A stretch of DNA of 64,000 nt from Methanomassiliicoccales archaeon (GTDB lineage Archaea; Thermoplasmatota; Thermoplasmata; RBG-16-68-12; SOIM01), in contig JAUVHO010000002.1 in NCBI GenBank assembly GCA_030593295.1, positions 15,379 through 79,378 on the forward strand, written 5' to 3'. A program made the translations under genes and the position numbers. This document shows, one piece after another, positions 28,791 through 37,873 of the stretch. The notes below the pieces were generated by a model, which saw only the letters and a program-made list of their open reading frames with translations, was not told the origin of the DNA and ran no database searches. Each line of letters begins with the position of its first letter. Position 1 is the first letter of the stretch.

Positions 28791-31718
28791 TCAGGAAGAC
28801 TTCTCGATCGCTATTGAGATCTCTTTGTCCCCGATGGTGTAGGCCTTCATTTCCTCGTGCTTCTCAAGGAGAACCTCCTCAGAAAGCGTCTCGCGCCTAA
28901 GATAATCCTCCCACTGGCCCAGCACTTCGGCCACCCTTCCTGTGCTGTCCTCGACGAACAGGCGGATCTTGTCCTCCACGTGGAGGTCCTTCTCCTTCCG
29001 CAGTCTTTGCACCCGGCGTACCAGCTCTCGCATGAATCCCTCATCCCTCAGCTCTTTGGTCAGTTCAGTGTCAAGCAGTATCTTCAGATTGTGCCCGTCC
29101 AAGTCCTCTTCCACGAAGTTACCCCAGAACTCCTCGTCATAGGTTTTGATGTTCAATTCCTCAAGCAGGATGTCACGAAGGTCCTCGTTCAGGTCCGAGT
29201 CATCTATGAACACCCTCGCCTTGGCCAGAGGCTGTCTGGTCTTCAACTTGTTCTCCGCCCTCACTGACAATCCAATCTCTGTTATCCTTCTCAGGAGGAG
29301 CATCTCTTCCTCGAGCTTCTCGTCCACCAGTTCTGGATCTGTGATTGGGAAATCTGTGAGATGAACGCTCTCCGGGGACGACTCGTCCACTGACCTCACG
29401 AGGTTCTGATATATCTCCTCCGCCAGGAAGGGGGTCAGGGGGGCCAGCATCTTGGTGATCGAGTTAAGAACATGGTAGAGCACATCGTACGCCTGCTTCT
29501 TCTTCTCACTGCTCTCCGCCTTCCAGAATCGTCTCCTGGACCTTCGGATGTACCAATTGGCCAGGTCCTGAATGAGCTCGTCGAGGATCCTGGTGGTATC
29601 GGAGACCTCGAACTTCTCCATGTGGTCGGTGAACGATGCCAGACTCGAGTTCAACCTGGAGATCATCCATCTGTCCAGAACGTCATCCGATTTCGGCGTG
29701 GCCTCCGGATCAAGGTCTGGCTGGTCAACTGACGCATAGGTGATGAAGAACCTGTACACGTTCCAGAGGATTGCCAGCAGCCTTGTCGGTTGCTTGGCCG
29801 CCCCATACCCGAACCTCAGATCGAACCTTGGATTCTGGGCGCTGTACACCCACCGCATCACATCCGCTCCCATCTTCTCGATGGCCTCATCGAACCAGAT
29901 CACGTTGCCCTTGCTCCTGTGCATCGCATCCCCGTTCTCGTCGACCACCCTCTCGTACATCACGACGCTGTTGAACGGAGCCTTCCCCTCCAGAACGCAG
30001 CTCATGACCAGCAGTGAGTAGAACCAGAGACGCACCTGCTCCCTCATCTCCAGAACCAGCTCCGACGGGAACCATTTCTCCCAGAAGTCCCTGTCATTCC
30101 TGTATTCAAGGGTGGAGTACGGTACGATGCCAGCGTCAAGCCAGCAGTCGCCCACCTCTCTCACACGTGACATCTCCTCTTCGCATTCCGGGCATTTGAT
30201 CTTGATCTCGTCAATCCAAGGCCTGTGCAGTTCCGGAAGTTCTGCATCCTTGTTCACCGCCCTTTCCAGCAGCTCTTCCTTTGAGGAAACGATTTGAAAG
30301 TGTTCGTTCTTGCACACGTAGAATGGCAGCGGCAATCCCCAGTATCTCTTCCTTGAGATGCACCAGTCCCCCAATGCGTTCAACCAATCCTCCATCAGTT
30401 TCTCGCCGAACTTGGGCTTCCAGTTCACTTTCTTTGCCTCTTCCAGCATCAAATCTCTGAGCTTGGGCACGGCCAGGAACCACTCGTTCACCAGCCGGAA
30501 CACGATCTCCTCGTGGCATCGCCAGCATTCAGGATATCTGTGCTCGTAGTCGTGAATCTTGTAGGCCAGACCCTTCTGCCTCAGGTTCTCGAAGATCTCG
30601 TCATTGGTCTCGAACACCGACTTACCGGTCAGAGGTTCGAACCCTTCTATGAACACCCCGTTCTCATCAATCGGGCAGATGGCCGGCAGGTCATGTTCCT
30701 TCGCCAGCTCATAGTCCTCCTGTCCGCAGCCGGGTGCGATGTGGACGATCCCGGTACCCTCTTCTGTGCTCACCTCGTCCCAGAGCAACACCCTGTGCTT
30801 GACGCCGCTTTGAGCCTTCAGCTCGTCGAAAGGGCCTTTGTACTCCTTGCCTTCCAGCTCCGAACCCATCATGACATCCAGGACCTCGTGATCTCCATCC
30901 AGTGTCGGTACTGCCTCCTCCGCAAGTATCAGGATCTCGCCTTCATTTGACACTTCAACATATCTCTCATCGGGGTTGACCGCGATGGCAACGTTGGATG
31001 ACAGCGTCCACGGTGTAGTCGTCCAGACCAGGAAGTTCTTGTTCTCTTCCCCTATGATGGGGAACTTGAGGTAGATCGCCTTGTGGACCATCTCCCTGTA
31101 AGAGTCCATCAGCTCATGTTGGGAGAGGGATGTGCCGCACCTGGCGCACCACTGCATAACCCTCGCGCCCTTGTACAGCATGTCCTTGTCGTTGCACACT
31201 TTCAAGAAATGCCAGATGCTCTGGATGTTCTCATCCGACATGGTGAAATATGAGTTGGACCAGTCCATCCACTGACCGAGAACCTTGGACTGCTGTTCGA
31301 TTATCCCTGCATACTTCGTTACGCGTTCACGGCACTTCCTCGAGAAGTTATCCAGGCCGTAATCCTCGATGTCCTTCTTGCTCTTCAGGCCCAGGGCCTT
31401 CTCGGTCTCCACCTCCACCCAGAGCCCTTGGCAATCGAAGCCGTTCTGAAGCCTCTGGTTGAAACCTTGGAGCGCCTTGAACCTCTGGATGACGTCCTTG
31501 AGCGTCCTTCCCCATGCGTGGTGCACACCCATGGGATTGTTGGCCGTGATAGGCCCGTCTATGAAGGAATAGTTGGGTCCGTTAGAGTTCTTCTCCATCA
31601 GTTTGTTCACGAACTCTCCTTCTTCCCAGTATGCAAGCCACTTGTCCGCGATCTCCTTGAAGTTGGGGTAGGAGCCGACTTCTGGGAATTTCCCTTTACT
31701 CATAATTTGTTCCTCCAA
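28791..31718 (-). CDS. ileS: Class I aminoacyl-tRNA synthetase, isoleucyl-tRNA synthetase-like
   Basis: 975 aa; HIGH region PITANNPMGVHHAWGRT (compare IleRS P-TANG-PH-GHA), GFDCQGLWVE (compare GWDCHGLPIE), WCISRKRYWG, KMSKS-like AMHRSKGN, and a Zn ribbon CPECEEE. Assigning Ile rather than Val or Leu is by motif similarity only. Confidence 0.55.
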   Translation of the reverse strand: MEEQIMSKGKFPEVGSYPNFKEIADKWLAYWEEGEFVNKLMEKNSNGPNYSFIDGPITANNPMGVHHAWGRTLKDVIQRFKALQGFNQRLQNGFDCQGLWVEVETEKALGLKSKKDIEDYGLDNFSRKCRERVTKYAGIIEQQSKVLGQWMDWSNSYFTMSDENIQSIWHFLKVCNDKDMLYKGARVMQWCARCGTSLSQHELMDSYREMVHKAIYLKFPIIGEENKNFLVWTTTPWTLSSNVAIAVNPDERYVEVSNEGEILILAEEAVPTLDGDHEVLDVMMGSELEGKEYKGPFDELKAQSGVKHRVLLWDEVSTEEGTGIVHIAPGCGQEDYELAKEHDLPAICPIDENGVFIEGFEPLTGKSVFETNDEIFENLRQKGLAYKIHDYEHRYPECWRCHEEIVFRLVNEWFLAVPKLRDLMLEEAKKVNWKPKFGEKLMEDWLNALGDWCISRKRYWGLPLPFYVCKNEHFQIVSSKEELLERAVNKDAELPELHRPWIDEIKIKCPECEEEMSRVREVGDCWLDAGIVPYSTLEYRNDRDFWEKWFPSELVLEMREQVRLWFYSLLVMSCVLEGKAPFNSVVMYERVVDENGDAMHRSKGNVIWFDEAIEKMGADVMRWVYSAQNPRFDLRFGYGAAKQPTRLLAILWNVYRFFITYASVDQPDLDPEATPKSDDVLDRWMISRLNSSLASFTDHMEKFEVSDTTRILDELIQDLANWYIRRSRRRFWKAESSEKKKQAYDVLYHVLNSITKMLAPLTPFLAEEIYQNLVRSVDESSPESVHLTDFPITDPELVDEKLEEEMLLLRRITEIGLSVRAENKLKTRQPLAKARVFIDDSDLNEDLRDILLEELNIKTYDEEFWGNFVEEDLDGHNLKILLDTELTKELRDEGFMRELVRRVQRLRKEKDLHVEDKIRLFVEDSTGRVAEVLGQWEDYLRRETLSEEVLLEKHEEMKAYTIGDKEISIAIEKSS

Positions 31719-31930
31719 GAGCCAGAAAACAGTATGAACTCAAGCACTCGGAGGGCTTAGCGCCCTATAATAATGATAATCGTGCAAGAGCTCATTGGGT
31801 GTTCATCTGGATTGGGGTATAAGTAGTTTATGCGTTGAGATGTCTGGCACCATGGCAAGTCGTACCAACTACCAGCGCAAATGAATAATACATCCTTCAT
31901 GATTATTCCGCGGGTGAGACCATTCGGTGT

Positions 31931-32878
31931 GTGGTGACAGGAGGAGCGGGGTTCATTGGCAGCCATCTCGTCAAGAGGCTTCTTGACGAAGGCCACCACG
32001 TCGTTTGTGTCGATACCTTTGACGATTACTATTCTGGAAAGGAGGTGAACATCGGGAGCATTGCGGAGCATCCCAGTTTCGAGCTCCAGAGGACCAGCAT
32101 TCTGGATTACGATGCCCTTCTTGCCAGCTTCAACGGCGCAGAGGTGGTGTTCCATCAGGCCGCCCAGCCCGGAGTTCGTGTCTCCATCGCGAATCCTTTC
32201 AAGACGTATTCTACCAATGTCAACGGGACGCTCAACGTGTTGCTGGCCAGTCGGGATTCCGATGTCAAGAAGGTCGTTTATGCATCCTCCTCTTCGGTTT
32301 ACGGGAACGGCGTTCCAAGGCCCACACATGAGGATTGTGAGACGAGGCCCATTTCTCCCTACGGAGTCAGCAAGTTGGCGACCGAGCACTACTGCAGGGT
32401 ATTCGGGGAGTTGTACGGAATGAAGATAGTCGCCCTCAGGTACTTCACCGTCTTCGGTCCGCGCCAGAGGCCGGACATGGCGATCAGGAAGTTCGTTCGG
32501 TTGATGGAATCCGGTCAACCGGTGAACATCTACGGGGACGGAGAGCAGACGAGGGACTTCACATTCATCTCCGACGCGGTCGAGGCGAATATACTAGCTA
32601 TGGGAAGCAGCGGGGCGGACGGGGAAGCTGTCAACATCGGCGGGGGTAGCAGTGTCACGGTGAATCAGGTCGTTCAGAAGATCAAGGCACATTATCCGGA
32701 GTCTCCGGACCCCATCTATCAGGAGGTCCAGCAGGGGGACGTTGACCATACCCTTTCGGACAACTCTAAGGCAAGGGAATTGCTGGGTTGGAAGCCCGCA
32801 GTATCGTTCGACGAAGGTCTGAAGGAGTTCGTTGACTGGTACCGGTCGAATGTTCAAGGTAAGGCCAATGGTGATTGA
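31931..32878 (+). CDS. NAD-dependent epimerase/dehydratase (UDP-sugar 4-epimerase / decarboxylase family)
   Basis: VTGGAGFIGSHL Rossmann motif and YxxxK catalytic (YGVSK). Confidence 0.85.
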   Translation: MVTGGAGFIGSHLVKRLLDEGHHVVCVDTFDDYYSGKEVNIGSIAEHPSFELQRTSILDYDALLASFNGAEVVFHQAAQPGVRVSIANPFKTYSTNVNGTLNVLLASRDSDVKKVVYASSSSVYGNGVPRPTHEDCETRPISPYGVSKLATEHYCRVFGELYGMKIVALRYFTVFGPRQRPDMAIRKFVRLMESGQPVNIYGDGEQTRDFTFISDAVEANILAMGSSGADGEAVNIGGGSSVTVNQVVQKIKAHYPESPDPIYQEVQQGDVDHTLSDNSKARELLGWKPAVSFDEGLKEFVDWYRSNVQGKANGD

Positions 32879-34326
32879 GTTTGGTGGAAGCTGATCAAGC
32901 TGAAGAACCGCACGAGGAGATCCCCGCACCCAGAGATGTCTGGACCGCCAGAATTGCGCTTTCGATCTACGCCTTCTTCCTCATCCTCCTGGCAGGCATC
33001 GGTTTCTACATCCTTTTCTACGTCGTTCTTCTAATCTCTTTCCTTGCTCTTGTGATGCACATCGACAAACTGGAGACGTTCGAGATCGTGAGCACACTGA
33101 ATCTCAAGAAGAAGATGGTGCTCATATTCATCATCGCCCTTCTGACCCGACTGGTAATGCTGGTCCAAGACCAGATAATCACCGACGACATACTCAACTA
33201 CGTTCTTCGCGGAGAGATGATGCTTGATGGAAGGATCCCATACGTTGATTTCTACGGCGGTAGCAAGCCTCCCCTGCACAATCTTATCCTTCTCATGGTA
33301 TCGGGTGCCTTTGGTGCTGGCGAGGTCCAGTTCCGGGTCGTGTTCTCCATCATCGATGCCATGATTGCTGTGATGATACTCTTCCTCTCCGAGAACAATC
33401 GGGGGAGCAGGTTCCTTCTATCGGCGGCTCTGCTGTACGCTCTCTGCCCAATTGGCGTCATCACCATCGGTCTTTCAGGCCATTTCGATCCGGTTCCTGT
33501 GTTTGCCGTGGTTCTTTCGACGATATTCCTGATATCCAGAAGACATCGGTTGTCATCTCTGTTCCTCGGTCTGGGGCTCGCCCTCAAGGTGTTCGGTGCC
33601 GTCCTGCTGCCGTACTATTTGTGGAAGACCAAGTTGCTCAAGGAGAGGGTGTTGTACATCATTCTGTTCACCATACCAATGGGCCTTTCACTTCTGGGCC
33701 TTTACATTCTATCACCTGATGGTCCTGGATTCTACTTCAGCGAGACCTCTGGGTGGGGGGGCTGGTGGTCGTTCACTCATTTGATCACCTTCGCGTTAGG
33801 ATCAGACTACATTGGTGACATGAAAGTCTCTTGGATTCTCATGGGAGCATTCCTTCTGCTGATACTTGCCATGTACATATCCATCTGGAGAAACAGGGAC
33901 GAGGAGGAGAGAATGATACTCCTCTGGTACCAGGTGGTCGTGTTCATATCGATCGCATACGTGGGTCTTATGGTCCTGGATGGTTGGGCCCAGACTGACG
34001 CCGGGATCTACATCCTCCCCGCTTATCTGATCTTCGTGATTTATGCGGTCGCAATGAGAATAGCGCTTAACAAGTACTGGGAATCCATCTTCCCGCGGAA
34101 GCTATCCGGTGGGCGAACCGAGAGAATCCTCATCATCACCAGCCTCGCCATCATACTGTTCTGTTTCGGCCTGCCCAACTACGCTCCATGGTACATAATC
34201 TGGTTCCTGCCGTTCCTTCTTGCAGTGAGAACCAAGAGCATCAGGTTCACGCTTCTTTTCCTTCTGGTCTGGCACATAATGGGGAAGGGCGTTTCCATAT
34301 TCCCCGGACTTCCGCCAATTGGATGA
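32875..34326 (+). CDS. Polytopic membrane protein, putative GT-C-type glycosyltransferase (DUF2029-like)
   Basis: 483 aa, more than 10 predicted TM helices; sits in a sugar-modification cluster between the epimerase and the GT2. The functional call is an inference. Confidence 0.45.
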   Translation: MSLVEADQAEEPHEEIPAPRDVWTARIALSIYAFFLILLAGIGFYILFYVVLLISFLALVMHIDKLETFEIVSTLNLKKKMVLIFIIALLTRLVMLVQDQIITDDILNYVLRGEMMLDGRIPYVDFYGGSKPPLHNLILLMVSGAFGAGEVQFRVVFSIIDAMIAVMILFLSENNRGSRFLLSAALLYALCPIGVITIGLSGHFDPVPVFAVVLSTIFLISRRHRLSSLFLGLGLALKVFGAVLLPYYLWKTKLLKERVLYIILFTIPMGLSLLGLYILSPDGPGFYFSETSGWGGWWSFTHLITFALGSDYIGDMKVSWILMGAFLLLILAMYISIWRNRDEEERMILLWYQVVVFISIAYVGLMVLDGWAQTDAGIYILPAYLIFVIYAVAMRIALNKYWESIFPRKLSGGRTERILIITSLAIILFCFGLPNYAPWYIIWFLPFLLAVRTKSIRFTLLFLLVWHIMGKGVSIFPGLPPIG

Positions 34327-35076
34327 TCATCTTGGAGGCCTGACTGGCTTCCTCCTCATATGCTCCCGACGGAACCTGAAGAAATCTCGCAGTGTTATGA
34401 ACACCACCGTTGACGGCTTGATGTATGATTTCCCCCCTTCTCGATCATAATGCTTGATGTCTACCTCAGTTACGGAATAGCCCTTGACCTGAGCCAGGGG
34501 CAGGATGAACCTGTGCAGGCCCAGGTAGCCGTCCGGTTTGAAGCCCATGCCGAGAGCCGCCTCCTTGGTGAACGCCTTGAACCCGCTGTTCTGATCTTTG
34601 ATGCTCAATCCCAGGAATCCCCGAACGATGACCTTGTTGTACACCCTTGATATAAGCCGTCTTATCCAATCATCCGCCCTTTCGAAGCGATGGCCGCTGA
34701 CGACGTCATATCCTTCCTCGATTCTCTTGAGGAACAGAGGGATCTCTCTCGGTTCGTACTGGCAGTCCCCGTCAATAATGAAGAACACGTCACCTTCCGC
34801 ATTCTCAAAACCCGTCTCGATGGCCCAAGAACGTCCCTTGTTCTTATCGTGGTGGACGGTTCTGACATTCGGATACTTCTGGGAGAGGTCGTCGCAGATC
34901 TTGCCAGTGTCATCCAGGCTTCCGTCATCCATCAGTAGGATTTCGCCCTCTATTCCCAGTTCCTCGTATGCCTTCACAAGATCGATCGTCTGTCTCTCCA
35001 CATTGTCCTTTTCATTGTATAGAAGGACTATCGTGCTGCACCTCATGATATCAGATACCGCCTGGTTGGAGCTCAA
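34327..35076 (-). CDS. Family 2 glycosyltransferase, dolichyl-phosphate mannose/glucose synthase-like
   Basis: MDDGSLDDT and FIIDGDCQYEP motifs of DPM1-like GT2 enzymes. Confidence 0.8.
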   Translation of the reverse strand: MSSNQAVSDIMRCSTIVLLYNEKDNVERQTIDLVKAYEELGIEGEILLMDDGSLDDTGKICDDLSQKYPNVRTVHHDKNKGRSWAIETGFENAEGDVFFIIDGDCQYEPREIPLFLKRIEEGYDVVSGHRFERADDWIRRLISRVYNKVIVRGFLGLSIKDQNSGFKAFTKEAALGMGFKPDGYLGLHRFILPLAQVKGYSVTEVDIKHYDREGGKSYIKPSTVVFITLRDFFRFRREHMRRKPVRPPR

Positions 35077-36203
35077 TCTTTGATCTCCGAAGATTTTGCC
35101 ATCTCAACGGGAACCAGCTTCTTCTCCGCAGCGCTTTTAGAATTCGCCAGATTCCTAACGACTATGACTATTCCCAACGGAATGAGGATCCAAATCGATG
35201 TGAGCGTCATCAGCAATCCCGCAGTGGTGGCAAGTGTGATGCTTATGCCAGAAGCGCTGAACACCATCGCGATCAGAGCCACGTTGAAAGTACCACCGGG
35301 GACGAAGGACCCCAGCAGCGTCGCCAAACTCGCCGCAATGAGGACGAATCCGACAAAAGGCGCGGATTCCGGCGCAAGTGCGTACATCACCAGGAATACC
35401 CTCATTGCCTCATTCAGCCAGATGACCACCGTCAGGGAGAACGTGGTGAGTGTTGTCCTCTTTGATCTCAGGATGACCCTGAACCCGTCACTGAAGTCGT
35501 TGATAGTGCTGCTGACCGCCTTTTCCCACTTCGGAAGAGGTCTCCTTACCACTCTGGACGCCGTCCTCACGAACCAGTTCGCGAACCTGTCCAGTGTGGA
35601 GAGATGAAGTGCAAGGTATACAACTGCACCCAGAAGGAGAACCACCAAGATTATGAATACTACCAGGAACAAGCCCCCGGCAAAAGGAAGGAATGTCAAT
35701 ATCAGAGCAAGTCCGATGATTGCGAACAAGGCGAGAACCAGGAGATCCATGACCTTCTCTGTGAATACCGTGGCCAGCCCACTTCCGAAATGCAGACCAG
35801 ACTTCTCCCTGAGCATGTATGCCCTCACAGGTTCACCAGCGATTCTTCCAGGTGTGACGCTGTTCACGGAGAGGCCTACGATGACAAATGACAATGCTGT
35901 CCTGAAGGACGTCTTATGATCAGATGAGTTCAAGAGGAAGAACCACCGAAGAGCCTTCGTCAGCAAGTTCCCGAAATAGAGAAGAAGGACCACGCCGATG
36001 ATCGCCAGATTCGCTCCTGAAAGTATGGAAACCAGTCTACCTGGATCCGCCAACCAGAGCATTGCGAGAAGCAATATGACGGAGATTACTACGAGGGCCA
36101 CCGTTCTGGGCCTTATCTTCTTTCTACTTCCCCTTACCCCACTCCCTTCCATTGATGCCAAGTGATGATATGAGGATACAAAATACTTGCGAAGACCAGT
36201 CAC
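35073..36203 (-). CDS. Flippase-like integral membrane protein (LPG-synthase-TM / UPF0104 type)
   Basis: 376 aa, about 8 TM helices, overlaps the GT2 gene by 4 nt. This family is often paired with DPM-like GT2s. Confidence 0.55.
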   Translation of the reverse strand: MTGLRKYFVSSYHHLASMEGSGVRGSRKKIRPRTVALVVISVILLLAMLWLADPGRLVSILSGANLAIIGVVLLLYFGNLLTKALRWFFLLNSSDHKTSFRTALSFVIVGLSVNSVTPGRIAGEPVRAYMLREKSGLHFGSGLATVFTEKVMDLLVLALFAIIGLALILTFLPFAGGLFLVVFIILVVLLLGAVVYLALHLSTLDRFANWFVRTASRVVRRPLPKWEKAVSSTINDFSDGFRVILRSKRTTLTTFSLTVVIWLNEAMRVFLVMYALAPESAPFVGFVLIAASLATLLGSFVPGGTFNVALIAMVFSASGISITLATTAGLLMTLTSIWILIPLGIVIVVRNLANSKSAAEKKLVPVEMAKSSEIKD

Positions 36204-36321
36204 TTGAGTCCTTGTGGTCAGCCTCCTGAATTCTGCATACTGTTAAATACGAATAGGACTTTCTTACAAGGCGAGTCTCTTAGATGACTAGGAGCCTCAA
36301 AGAAGAATAAGGAAGTATAAT

Positions 36322-36489
36322 ATGGACGACGATAGAGGAAGGCGCGGCTACGATCGCCCGCCTCGAGAGATGCACAAGGTCACTTGTGCAGATTGTGGAA
36401 AAGAAGACGAAGTTCCGTTCAAGCCGGACGGGACTAGACCGGTATACTGCCGGGATTGCTATAGGAATCGCAGGCCTAAGAGGTATTAG
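36322..36489 (+). CDS. Small zinc-ribbon protein (55 aa), absent from the ORF track because it is under the 60-aa cutoff
   Basis: ATG at 36322, stop TAG at 36487; MDDDRGRRGYDRPPREMHKVTCADCGKEDEVPFKPDGTRPVYCRDCYRNRRPKRY has a CxxC...CxxC ribbon with a basic tail. Confidence 0.5.
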   Translation: MDDDRGRRGYDRPPREMHKVTCADCGKEDEVPFKPDGTRPVYCRDCYRNRRPKRY

Positions 36490-36550
36490 TTAGGAATAAG
36501 TAGAGAGACTTAACGGCTTTCTTTTTAATAGAAGGGAGTTAAACCTCCCA

Positions 36551-36592
36551 TTTTCTTTCTTTTGCTCTAGGTTGAATGCCAAGTTTTTTTTC
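36551..36592 (+). terminator. Oligo-T stretches (ttttctttcttttg ... agtttttttttcg) downstream of the small zinc-ribbon gene, read as an archaeal intrinsic terminator
   Basis: T5 to T9 runs within 100 nt after the stop codon. Confidence 0.3.
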
Positions 36593-36695
36593 GTTTACCA
36601 AGAGTCGTTTAGCCCCAGCTCCGAGCGGAGCCATTCTGCCTGGACTCGGGGTCACAAATATATATGGCTTGTCTTATGCACAATTGGGGTAAGTT

Positions 36696-37046
36696 ATGTA
36701 TTGTCAGAAATGTGGCAACCAGAACCCGGATGAGGCGCAGTTCTGTCTCAGGTGCGGCGCTCCGCTCCATGCTGCAGCGGCACCTCAATGGCAGCCGAAG
36801 AGGGATGATTGCGACCGGGGGGACGATCCATGTACTGGAACGAAGCGTGGAGATGCGATCTTCTGGGGAATCATAATTGTCCTGGTTGGGATATGGATAC
36901 TAATCGAGTTCGTCCTGAAGAGAGTCCTTGAGACTTCTCATTGGATACACACTGTTGAGTTGTGGTGGATTTTTGGATTGGTGATTGGAATTGCCATCAT
37001 AATCGCGGGACTCAGATTGGTGTTCAAGCGCGGAAGAGCTCAATAG
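36696..37046 (+). CDS. Zinc-ribbon-containing small membrane protein
   Basis: N-terminal CQKCG...CLRCG ribbon followed by two TM helices. Confidence 0.5.
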   Translation: MYCQKCGNQNPDEAQFCLRCGAPLHAAAAPQWQPKRDDCDRGDDPCTGTKRGDAIFWGIIIVLVGIWILIEFVLKRVLETSHWIHTVELWWIFGLVIGIAIIIAGLRLVFKRGRAQ

Positions 37047-37873
37047 GCCTTGCACGATTGGTCGCATGCCATGCAGATATCTCTGTGACGTTTGCTAGAT
37101 AACTGAATCCTCGTGTCCAGCCACAGGAATGAGATGATTATGGCTATGAGGCCGAATGCTGCACTTCCAGTCAGTTGATGCACGCTCACGACCACGAAGA
37201 AGAAGCCAATCACTAGGAATATGTTGAAATGGTTGTGCAACCCGGCCTTCCCTAGAGAAAGGATGATGTCAGTTAGGCTGAGTGCGACGAGTAATATGCC
37301 CACCATTAGAAAGACATACAGAACCCAGGCGTCCGCATTGACTTGAAGAGCGATGTAGGCTATCGTGAAGATGATCGCCACAACTGACCCCAAGGCCAGA
37401 CCGGTGCAGCCGGAGCACACTGTACGGTCCATGAACTCCATTAGATGACCGTTGAACTCCTCACAATCTGGATGGTGTCCTGTCATTCTCCTACCGCTCT
37501 TCTCCCGCTTGTCAGCAATGTATGCATGGCCTCCCGCTCTTGAAGATCTCCTCGTCCATCCGGGTTGCAAAGCCAGTGAGACCCCGAACAGGCAGCTGGC
37601 AATGAACGCTCCCCCTACGATTAGTTTGTCATTGAGCGTGGTTGAACCAGATTCAGAGAATCCCAGCCAGGCTATCAGAAGTATGAAAACAGCTCCCATC
37701 ACTGAGAGAACAAGGTATATTGTTACGTTCCTTCTAGGCGTCAAATGAGACTCCTCAGCGTCTTCAGGACCTTCTGTCCAGCCATGTGACGATAGCCCCT
37801 TCTTTTGATTTCGTTCTTGGAGAAGATACCCTTTATGTTCCGTACCGCTGAACCGTAGAACTCGCGATAGCAC
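37040..37873 (-). CDS. Integral membrane protein with cytoplasmic Cys cluster
   Basis: 277 aa, 5-6 TM helices, CEEFNGHLMEFMDRTVCSGCTG motif. Confidence 0.45.
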   Translation of the reverse strand: MLSRVLRFSGTEHKGYLLQERNQKKGLSSHGWTEGPEDAEESHLTPRRNVTIYLVLSVMGAVFILLIAWLGFSESGSTTLNDKLIVGGAFIASCLFGVSLALQPGWTRRSSRAGGHAYIADKREKSGRRMTGHHPDCEEFNGHLMEFMDRTVCSGCTGLALGSVVAIIFTIAYIALQVNADAWVLYVFLMVGILLVALSLTDIILSLGKAGLHNHFNIFLVIGFFFVVVSVHQLTGSAAFGLIAIIISFLWLDTRIQLSSKRHRDICMACDQSCKAY

